Source: Dimorphilus gyrociliatus (lineage: Eukaryota; Animalia; Annelida). From it: DNA of 64,000 nucleotides. Below the pieces are notes generated by a model. It saw only the letters and a program-made list of their open reading frames with translations, did not search any database and was not told the origin of the DNA. Shown here piece after piece: positions 12,314 to 22,419 of the stretch (the stretch's first letter is position 1; each line of letters begins with the position of its first letter). The DNA is taken from NCBI GenBank assembly GCA_904063045.1, contig CAJFCJ010000016.1:434001-498000 (forward strand), given 5' to 3'. Both the position numbers and the translations under genes were made by a program.

Positions 12314-13048
12314 TTAGCTGCAAATCCTTTATCTGGTCTGAATCCTCAGAAACGAGGTGTTATTGGTTAGAGAATTTGCTTGCTACTACTTTCTAACTAC
12401 AAAGCCTGTCTCATATGAGATATAAAGTTATATAAATAGTATATATGGAGAGAGCGAAGAGAGAGAGATCTAGAGAAAAGATAGAAAAAATTTTTCTTTT
12501 ATAAAGCTCTATATTTATATATATTATTTACTTACAATAGATATTCTAGGCCATAAGTATAATTTTTAAACTACGATATTTACTTGATATTCATTCACGT
12601 TTACCAGAAATATACATCTTTTATTTTCATTTTCTTTACGACTTTACGATATCATTTACAATGTGAGTTGGATGACCTTGATATAAATGATTTATTTATA
12701 TTGTATATTTTATTATAATCATTCGATAATTTACGTCTTATTTTGTGAACGATCGACAAAATTGCAATTTTAAATGTTTGTATGTTTACAAAAGATAGAG
12801 TAAATGAGAATGAGAGGACGAAGAGTAGCTTAAGGAATCGTTCTATCACACATTTTCTCAAACTTATCGTTAACAATACTTACATACAACTGAATTCAAT
12901 ATATTCAAAGGGGAATGAATAGTTCATATTTTAAGTATAAGTAGTTTTCTTTCATCAACTTTCTATATATTCATCTATTTTGACAGATTCATTTTTCGTT
13001 TATTTTTTGAGAATAAAATGTATTTTAAAAGAAAAGTCTTAATATATA

Positions 13049-13051
<3 letters not shown>

Positions 13052-13095
<44 letters not shown>

Positions 13096-13096
13096 A
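13052..13096. repeat. (AT)n microsatellite
   Basis: Direct reading. Confidence 0.95.
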
Positions 13097-13629
13097 CTGT
13101 ATATGTGTGTATTATTTTATATACTCAGAGTATGTTCACAAGTATAGCACTTTTCTGTCTTGTTATAGGTGTTCCCTCGGTTATTTATCAATCTGTTTTT
13201 TCATTCGCCCGTTCAGCTCCCAATCATTCAAGAAAACTTCTAATGGTTAATTTGAAAAAAACAATATATCACATAATCAAATTTACAGTATCCAAGATAT
13301 TAATTTAAATATAAACTGTAAAAATAGATAAGTTATATAAACATATACATTCATATACTATTAAGCAAGTATGTTACTATTACATTTAACCAAAATATTA
13401 CCGTTTATTTATTAATTACATAAGTTAATATTCAAGAAAAAAAACTGAACATTTTAAAAATAATAATTAAGTAATTGTTTTGTTTTTTTCCCAAATTCCC
13501 TATAAAAAATGTAATTAATTCACAATGCCAAAATGACTATTTAATATATCTATATATACATTTTGTTAAAACAAAATTTCATCAACACCTATCAAAAAAA
13601 TATTCTTCCATATCTGTTGAACGTTGTTA

Positions 13630-13820
13630 AAAGTATATATATATAGATATATATATATATATTTATATATATGTATATATACATAAAAGATGAAAAAATT
13701 ACGCGAGATTTTATAATATATTAATATAAGTATATTATAAAACACACGTATATATATACTGTATATATATACATATATATTATATATATATATATATATA
13801 TATTGTATATATAATTTATA
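13630..13820. repeat. Interrupted (TA)n low-complexity tract 3' of PCF11
   Basis: Direct reading. Confidence 0.85.
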
Positions 13821-13939
13821 TCTATACTTATATTTCTGATTCGTCGTAAAAATCACATACTAGTTTTTGAAAAAAAACGACAGATTTATTTTATAAGTAA
13901 TTAACCAGGAATAACTCAACAACTTGCTGTACAAATATC

Positions 13940-16900
13940 TTATTCAGCCATTTCTTCCTTAACAAGTAAACTTGTATCTGCAGGTTCGGGCCGATCTTCA
14001 GCGCAAATAGGATGATAAAATTTCCCACCAACCAAGATTCCATCTTTCAAAAGCCATTGGTCCTGTTCGTCATTAAAGAATGTTGTCAAAGGTTCTTGAC
14101 AAATTGCGCAAATGTTCTCCTTATCATTAATACTCGCTACTGGAAATTTAGTTCCCACAGCGGTTGCAACGGGAACATTTGTTTCATTATCATCACCATC
14201 TTTCAAGGTTGAGAAATCTTTGATAAGTTTCCATTTATCTATCGTAGGAAACCATTTCCTATGCTTTTTAATTTTAGATTGAGTCATATTAGTACGATTT
14301 TTCTCGTAATGACCGTCTAAGTGACTGGCGTAAAGTTCCTGATTGTTTTCAGTAAACCTTATACCACAGTTAGTGCATTGGTAACCCAAATATAATCTCT
14401 GAACAACACCTGGCTGATGAGTTTTAAGAACACTCTTCTTAAAGGATGTCATATCAGATACATTTTCAAGCCTAGCATTTTCATTATCCAAAGGAAACGC
14501 AATTTTTGATCCATAAGCGACTGCAGGTGAGACAATTGTGGGCGTTTCGGGTTCGGGTTGTGCTTCATCTTTAACCGCACGCTTGGGGGTTACAGAAGTA
14601 TCGTTAGTGTTTGACTTATCACCTGCATTTATCAACCATTCCAATATTTTACTAGGATTTGAACCAATCGAATTTGTTAATGAGTCAAAAATATTAAATG
14701 AACCATTATTTTTGGATGATTCGGCTGGTGCTTGAAGATCATTCGATCTCCAATTCATTTGAGGAGCGGGAAGTGAGCTCTGTTCTGGTCTAGCTACTGG
14801 TCGATCGCTTATTAAGCCACCACTTGCTCCTCCTATCCTAACTCCTCCTGCGTTATTGGGCATTGGAGCTGGTGGCATTGAAGCCGGTGGCATTGAAGCC
14901 GGTGGCATTGAAGCTGGTGGCATTGAAGCTGGTGGCATTGGAGGTGGGGGCCTTCGACCTCCATAAGGATTAGATGGACTGACATAGTTGTCAATAGCTG
15001 CTGAATCATATACCGGACAAAGCCCTATTCGTCCATTATTAAAAGGTTCAGCATAATTGTTAACCTGAAGAAATATTTAACGCCTGTTACAACTGGTATT
15101 CAACAGAAAAATATTTTATTTTCTTACCTCATCAGGGCATGCATCGGGATTTCTATTAAGTGGTCGTTTTACTCCATGAGGATCTGGAAGAAGGGGGTGC
15201 TTATATCCTGTTCCACTACCTTCTCTCATATTATATTTTCTTCCCCAATCTTTCTCAGTTTTTAGATAAGGTGGCTCATTATGAGATTGATTATACCCGT
15301 AGTCAGAAGGAAAGTTACCACGCTGTGGCTGTGATAAAATTGGATTTACTCTTGAAGTAGAAGTAAGCTTAGGTATTCTTGGTAATTGCTTAATATCAAC
15401 CTTGTTAGCATAGTTATCTTTCCTGAAAGAGCAATAATTTAATTTTCTAATATAGTGCTTTCTATATTGAAACTCACTTATCATCCTTTGGTCTCTTTTG
15501 TCCCTTTCTATGTTTCCTATGTCTATCATTTTGTCTATCATTTTGCCTATCATTTTGTCTAGGGTCCATTAATTTTCTATTATCTGGTGATATCCTCCTG
15601 CGCTTATTTTCAGGATGGTGATTAAAACCCCCTCTGGCAAGTTTTTCTTTATCGCTTAAGGTTGGTGCTTCTTTAACTGGTTTTACATTTTTGTCATCTT
15701 CATGTTCTTCGCTGTAACGACGGCGATACGTTCGTTTTTCTTGGAAAGTTTTATTTTTCGTGTGAACATCTCCATCAGAATTCGATTTCTTCTCACTCAA
15801 TTCTCTCATTTTGCGGTCTTTTTTCTCACTTTTCGAGCTACCCTTGTTTTTTATTTTTTCGTCACTCATCTGTTTTCATAAGTCCAATATCATTATTCAT
15901 ATCCTCACAAGTGTTTAGACAAGTATTAATATTAGCAATTAGAATCTGATATAAAATATATTGCCCCTTTTAAACTTAATTGGGAACTAATTTTTATGCA
16001 TTAACCAGATTTAACAAGCTTGAACTTTGTTTTTCTTTGTTGATTTCATTATATAAAGGGGGGAAACTTAGCCCTAATAGAAGATCTTCCTTTGAGATAG
16101 AAAGCTTGGAACAAGAGAGATTATAAGAATTATTAGTTCAATATACTAATATTGTTAATTTGAAGGATTAAATAGTGAAGATTATATTTTTCGAATGGCG
16201 AAGAGTACGTTTCGACTCAGTGTGGAAATATATGACTACTAAAAGAATGAGATTCAATCTCTTAGGCCTTAGGTATATATTTGCATTGTTTTTTTTTTTC
16301 CTAAAATAAAATATAAACGCGGAAGATTGACGAACAAGCATATGCGTCTATATAATATTAACCAAATAATATCATATAAATAATACACATTAAAAATATT
16401 AAAAAGATATATTTTGAAAATAATTTTTACTTTCTTCCCTTGAATTCTTCAATATTTTTAATATTTGAGCCAGCCAAAGCCAATATATTAAGGCATTAAA
16501 AACTAAACTCACTTTGTTCAGCTTTGCACGAATCTCTGCAACATCCGATTCCAATTTCATTTCTTCTTGCAATTTGGTCAATTGTTCTTGCTTTTCTATA
16601 AGAATTTTCCTTAAACTGTCTGAGTCGTCTGATTCTCCTTGCGGCGACGGCTTTACGTATATATACAAAACAAAAACATTTCAAAACTGCACAAGTCCAA
16701 CACAGGATAAGAAAGACCAGCTTTCACCATTCTTTATTTTATTTACATCAAATAGCTTATAAAAAATGAAACCTACATTACATATTGTAAGCAATCTACA
16801 AGCGTATGTTCGTTCAAGTCGAATATTCCCCAAGCGTATTTACTTTTTATTGAAACAATTGTAAAATTTTATTGATCAAAAAACAAACTTAAAGCTGATT

Positions 16901-18021
16901 ACTCGCATATTTTTAAGCCGAAAAGAAAACAGTAAAAACTGGCCTATGAAACAAAAAGAATAATAACCTGTACTACTGCAACCGGAGTTTCTGTCCTACT
17001 AGCCGGTGAACTTATAAATTTTGGATTTACATGCACCTTTCTCGGGGTTTCTAAACTACGCTTATTATCATCAACTGGCCAGGCCGGATCCAATTTGTTA
17101 ACACTTAAATCGAGTTGATGAAGAATTTGAGCGTTGAAAACGCCATTCCACGTTTGACGTAATTTATGCATCGATTCGCGAACTTTTTCGTCAACCTGCG
17201 GAATTGATTTTCGTTTTCCAAGTTCAAAATAAATTTATATAAATAAATTCTTCCTTCTTCATGCGTGTGCTTTGTAAAGAGTGTAACGTTTGAGAGGAAG
17301 AACAAGTTATATTAAAACTGCACGATTTTGTCGACATTGTAAAAAAATGTTCAACAATTGTCCATCGTTTATTATCAATAATATATAATGCCATGTTAAC
17401 AAAATAATTATTTATTTCATGGCACAAAATATATGGAATGCTAACCTTATCAAAAACTGCACAGAACGTTGAAACGATTCGCTTTTCGAATGCAGCAACA
17501 TAACGATCCTTTCCTTCTATATTTTTCATTATCGAATCGATCAAATACAGAGCTGGTAGTTTGTGCTTTGAAGGAGACTGTAACGAGAGATTAGCATTTA
17601 TTAGTATTTTTCTCATTAATCCATACCATAAGGTATCCTAAAAATTGCTTTTATCATGTGGAAATTAATTATATTATATAATTATCAAAAAGTGTTAAAC
17701 GAATATTCTTCAACAGTTTTATTATCAGAAACGAGAAGATAAGTTTTAATCACAATATTTCTGTTTTTCTTAAAAAAATATCGTTTATCATCGATACGAT
17801 ATGAACATCGTCCATGTTCGATTTTCAAGCACTGCCTATTTAGCTTTTTTTTAAATAATACTGACCCTTGTTGCGCGTTCTATAATGACTGCAGCAATTT
17901 GTTCGACATGCTCAATATTTTCTTCGGCCAACATCGTCAACATGCAAATAACAGGCTTGCTGATGCTCACGAGATTTTCTTCCAACGATTGTTTGAACTC
18001 TAAAACGCACTCGTCCGTCAT
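13940..18021 (-). CDS. PCF11: Pre-mRNA cleavage complex II protein Pcf11 (CID domain, coiled coil, low-complexity region, two C-terminal zinc fingers), multi-exon
   Basis: N-terminal CID (SKPVICMLTMLAEEN; KLPALYLIDSIMKN; LRQTWNGVF..LHQLD..V..LDPAWP). C-terminal LYLGYQCTNCGIRF..HLDGHYEKN..RKWF and CAICQEPL..F..EQDQWLLKD..YHPIC. Confidence 0.93.
14861..14940 (-). repeat. 15-bp coding tandem repeat (MPPAS x4 + MPPAP) inside PCF11
   Basis: Unit ggtggcattgaagc(c/t) repeated on the + strand. Confidence 0.9.
15523..15558 (-). repeat. 12-bp coding tandem repeat (QNDR x3) inside PCF11
   Basis: Unit ctatcattttg(t/c) x3. The QNDR frame is supported by the downstream splice aa|gtgagt...ttcag|g. Confidence 0.85.
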
Positions 18022-18683
18022 TGTTTTTTCGGTTTCTTCGTTCTTCTAAAAAAATTCCACTTGAACGACCCCTTCCCGTCGGTAGAGGAGACGCGTGATT
18101 GAAGTTAAGGCATAGAATTTAGGAATACGTTCTTCTTGACGCCATCTTGAATAATGTTGCTTCTCTGTCTGTTTGAAAGGAGACTTCTGATTGGTCTACA
18201 CTGCTGGTTGTTTTAAGGCTGGCGATTGGTTCTTTTCGAAGCGGAAACTACTTTAAACTAGTTTGAAATATTTAATTGGCGTCACACAGCCAATTAGTAT
18301 GGTTAAAAGTTGACAAGTACTCAACTCATTTTTTAATGATCATTTATTTAAAGAATTTATTTATTCTTATTTGTGAATATTGGAAAACAACGTTAGAATA
18401 TAAAAATTCTAAGAGCGAAAACTGTTATACAGCTTTGCTCTAGCAAGTACCCTTGCCCTACCTCTAATCGCGATTGTTTCAATTATCTTTAAAAGTTACT
18501 TGTTTCATTAATTTTAGTAAGAATTAAAATATTTGCTTGGTTTAATTTTTCGTCGTATATTGTTTATGATATTAAATAATGTTTTATTTTGCAATGGAGA
18601 AAGCCTGTGGTTGTTATTCCCTCTTGTAATCACGTGATCACGACGCCATATTTTTTTAAATTTCACACTGGATAACTCAAAAA
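18022..18683. promoter_or_regulatory. Bidirectional promoter PCF11/DCP2 with four CCAAT boxes and an E-box
   Basis: Head-to-head ATGs at 18021 (-) and 18684 (+). ATTGG at 18190, 18225 and 18275, CCAAT at 18290, TCACGTGA at 18630. Confidence 0.65.
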
Positions 18684-19580
18684 ATGGATTGCGATAGCCC
18701 AAATGAGTATAGAGAACCACAGACCCCCCTGACAATAACTTTTAAAATTCCAGAATTTGCGTTGAATGATTTGTGTAGCCGTTTTATAATCAATATTCCA
18801 GAAGGGGAAGAGAAAGAGAATCCTATTCGTATTTTCTTTCAAATAGAGCTTGCTCATTGGCATTATTTGGATTTTTTTTGTGAAAAATACACACAAATAC
18901 AACCAGTTGGAATAAGGGAATTTTCTCATCAGATATTCCTTCACTGCCCAATGCTAAAAGAGAAATCTAATCAAGTAGATTATATATTAGAGCAATGGAG
19001 GAACTACAAGATGCAAGTACCCACATTTGGTGCCATTTTATTGGATCATTCACTGCAGCATGTTTTGCTAGTACAAGGTTTTTGGACTAAAGCTACCTGG
19101 GGTTTTCCTAAAGGCAAAGTAAATCAAGACGAGGAACCAATTGCTTGCGCTGTTAGAGAAGTTTATGAAGAGACCGGATATAATATTTATACCAAGATCC
19201 GACCAAAAGAATACATCGAGGCTAATGTAAGGGGACAGACCGTTCGATTATATGTAATAAAAGATGTTTCAATGAAAACAAAATTTCAACCTCAAACGAG
19301 AAGAGAGATTAAAAATGTTAGATGGTTTCGTCTTGATCAACTTCCAGTTACAAGAAAAGATACAAATTGTAAAACACAAATTGACCTCACTCCTAACTCT
19401 TTTTTCACGGCCATACCTTTTATAAAACACATTAGAAAATGGATTCAATGTTTTCTTCAGAACAATAGAGTTCCAGAACCAATTACAGTACGACAAAAAA
19501 CATCTCCGACCTCTAATGATTTTACACCAGACTCTTGGAAAAATTTTAGTGTTGATATTGATTATATTTTTGGATTTTAA
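18684..19580 (+). CDS. DCP2: mRNA-decapping enzyme Dcp2 (Box A + Nudix), 298 aa, single coding exon
   Basis: Box A: DLCSRFIINIP..RIFFQIELAHWHYLDF. Nudix box: WGFPKGKVNQDEEPIACAVREVYEETG. Also EIKNVRWF and a Phe-rich C-terminus. Confidence 0.95.
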   Translation: MDCDSPNEYREPQTPLTITFKIPEFALNDLCSRFIINIPEGEEKENPIRIFFQIELAHWHYLDFFCEKYTQIQPVGIREFSHQIFLHCPMLKEKSNQVDYILEQWRNYKMQVPTFGAILLDHSLQHVLLVQGFWTKATWGFPKGKVNQDEEPIACAVREVYEETGYNIYTKIRPKEYIEANVRGQTVRLYVIKDVSMKTKFQPQTRREIKNVRWFRLDQLPVTRKDTNCKTQIDLTPNSFFTAIPFIKHIRKWIQCFLQNNRVPEPITVRQKTSPTSNDFTPDSWKNFSVDIDYIFGF

Positions 19581-19656
19581 AAGAGTAAGTATTTCTCATC
19601 TTTTCGATACAGCCTTATAAGGCTAATATATGAAAATTTAATCAAGATTGTCTTCT

Positions 19657-20042
19657 TCATTTTCCAGCACATTGTCCCCCATCTGAACACGACTGACAAC
19701 ACGGTTTCTCTCTCGATACGATATTCGATTGCTGCGAATTATGATTAGCAAGATTTGCACTCGCAGGTAAGAACGGCAAGCATCTTTCCGCAGGAGGAAT
19801 CTTAACATTAGGAGCTTTGGTGTAATCTTGTCGCTCAAGAAATTCTCTCAGAATTGGAGAAGGTAGATGCTTCCTTCTGTACTCCGATGCGGTGCTTCGC
19901 ATTATGTGACCTATTAAGGGAATGATATTAAAAGTAACTCATAATTTTAAATTAATAAGTTATTGAATTCTTAAAACACTTTATTACCTACACTACTTGA
20001 GTGACCCTTATACTGGTCCCAGTGGTAGCTGTAATTCGACAT
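19657..20042 (-). CDS. Uncharacterised 102-aa micro-protein with C-terminal CCxxCx5C; exons 20042..19988 and 19910..19657
   Basis: An ATG preceded by AAA, a phase-1 77-bp GT-AG intron (19911..19987) and an in-frame join to track ORF 19657..19902. No homology recognised. Confidence 0.55.
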
Positions 20043-20102
20043 TTTGTTACAACTATTAATGTTTTTACCTCTGTATAGTGTTGTTGCCAAGTGCGGAAAT
20101 TT

Positions 20103-20118
20103 TAGTGCCACCTAATGG
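20103..20118 (-). promoter_or_regulatory. CTCF-like motif CCATTAGGTGGCACTA, 60 bp upstream of the micro-gene ATG
   Basis: 15/16 match to CCASYAGRKGGCRSYV on the - strand. Confidence 0.45.
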
Positions 20119-20357
20119 TCAACAAGAAAATTAAATCTAAAGCTGCTATTATTAATTTTGATCGTTATGATATTTTTTCTTATTGTGAAATTATTAATTT
20201 AAAAAATTTGTTTTTTTTTAATTGAGCATATATATCTAATAAATATTAAATTATTATAAAATGAAAACTTAATATCTATTGCAAATATACACGATGAATA
20301 CAAAACAGACAGTTTAATTAGGAAAAATCATATAATGCAAAGATGGCTGTTTCAATT

Positions 20358-22214
20358 TTAATTATCTCGTGGATCGAAGCTAAAATTTTCAGCAAAACTT
20401 CCATCAGCAGAAGATAAGTGAATATTTATGGTCGAATCCCTGAAAATAAAATACACGATAATGATTTCATATAAAACAGTGAAAAAAGACATACATTTCA
20501 ACATGTACAACCATCGTCAGTTTGCTGCAGGTATCCTCCATGTCTTTTATAACCATATCTCCTAAATCTTTCTCGATACCGTCCTCTTCGCTTACGAAAG
20601 AAAAGACAGCTGAACTTGCATCATCGATATTACACTGAAATTGCCTTCTTATTGGTAGAGGCGTAAGTTGTTCAACAATTCTTATCTTTTCTCCAGTTTT
20701 ATCTTTAACGTATAAATTATAATTTGTACAGGTAACAATTGTATCTTCTTCTTTTAATTCTGGTTTCTTGCTACATATGACAATAGCACTTTGCTTCGCT
20801 GCTCCAAGAGCCGTGGCCTCTTCAACATTTATAGAAGAGAGTATCTGACTATTTTCAAACATACTCTGCAGTTTATTACGGAGAAGAGGCATTCGACAAC
20901 CACCTCCACTGAGCACAACTGAATCAATATTATTAATTTTATTCTTTTGTAAGAAGTCTTTTAATAGAGTCACAAATTTTCCTACATAGTCAGAGCAAAG
21001 CCCTTCAAGGCGACCTGAAACAATTCATAAAAGTTAAAAGATATAGTTTACTTGCCTTTGAAAAACTTACTTCTGGTTAGTGAAGATTGAAAGTCCATAC
21101 CATCCCACAGTGAATCAACAGAACATGTGGCACTTTGTAGTGTTGATAACGTATGCTTGACTTGTTCCGCCTCATTTCTTAACTTTGCTCTAGGTTTTAT
21201 TGAGTCACCAATATTAGCTCTAAAACGCTTTTCAAAATCCCTTTGCATATGATCTGCCAATAATTGTGTTACGAGATCGGATCCAAAATTTTCATCAAGT
21301 TCATCAATTATTGAATAGACTCCACCCCGAATCCGTATTAAAGTGAAAGTAGTAGTCTGTCCTCCGTGTCTTATAACAAGACATGACTGCGATTCATGTG
21401 AGTTGTCTTGACCTAAATCATATGCTAATAGGGCCGCACTTGGCTCATTGATTAACCTTAAAACTTTAAATCCTCCGTTCTTGGCTGCATCACTGTGAGT
21501 ACACTAATTTAAACTCGTTCATAACACAATATATTTCATACAACCTCATAAGATCTCTTTCGTGTTTTGAAAAATTATACGGGGTACAAATAACAGCTTC
21601 TGGCGCACTGTCAAGTCCTGAATAACTTTGGGCAGTTTCTCTTAATTTTTTAAATACAACTGATAAAACCTGAGCAGGAGTGAATCTTTTTTCTTTGTCA
21701 TTGAGGAAAACTTTGAAGGTTGGTTCATTCTATAACGAAATTATAAGTGATGCATAGGTAATTCAAATAAATTTAGTGAATAATTTACAAAATATGTCAA
21801 TTTCGCTCCGAATTCATCATCCACTTTAGATAGGTCTGCTTCTGATAGACCAAATGCTTTTTTTGCGTGTAAAACTTTATTCTTGAAATTTCTCGATTGT
21901 TTGGCGGCATTTCCTACAACTTGTTCTCCTTCTGTGAATATAACGGCAGTTGACATAGATCTGTCTCCATTTGCATCTGCAATAATGTCTGCTTTTCCAT
22001 CCTGAAAACCGGCATGAAAGTGAGCGATAATATCGAATCATACGAATTTTTCTAAAATTTTACAATTTCGTGAAAAACACAAAAATATTTCAAATCATAT
22101 TGATAAAAACTATTATTGTAAACAAATCAATTGAAAAGAAAACAGAATTATTACTTTATAACACGCAACACAGGCAGAAGAGTTACCAACATATACACCA
22201 AAGGTGGTCGCCAT
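20358..22214 (-). CDS. HSPA14: Heat shock 70 kDa protein 14 (ribosome-associated complex Hsp70L1), multi-exon
   Basis: N-terminus MATTFGVYVGNSSACVAC.KDGKADIIADANGDR matches HSPA14. Also ..INEPSAALLAYDLG, AEQVKHTLS..SLWDGMDF..LTRSKF, VVLSGGGCRMP and EEATALGAAKQ. The short C-terminus lacks the lid and EEVD. Confidence 0.9.
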
Positions 22215-22419
22215 TGTTTTAGTATACAAAATATTTTCGTAAAATGAATGTACTTTTGAATTAATACTACGAATATTCTTGAAACACGAATAAAATTATT
22301 ATTTTAAATACGAGACAGATTCCGGAAATTACACATTTTGGAGAAACTTCCGAAATTTTTAGATTTGATAAAGCCTAAAATTAGTCTTAAAGGTTTATTT
22401 AACCGATTAATAACTCAAA
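22215..22419. promoter_or_regulatory. 205-bp bidirectional promoter HSPA14/XRN1 with ETS-type sites
   Basis: Divergent ATGs at 22214 and 22420. TTCCGGAA at 22320..22327 and ACTTCCG at 22346..22352. Confidence 0.6.

Noticed and set aside
13018-13856. Track ORFs rich in Y/I (13018..13308, 13566..13856)
   Set aside because: Translation of (TA)n microsatellites.
15116-15553. ORF starting MIGKMIDKMID
   Set aside because: Its N-terminal part is an alternative frame of the PCF11 QNDR exon plus an intron; only the portion after the acceptor near 15423 is coding.
17715-17795. Possible C/D snoRNA in PCF11 intron 1 (ATGATAA...CTGA on -)
   Set aside because: Box C is non-canonical, the terminal stem is weak and no rRNA guide was recognised.
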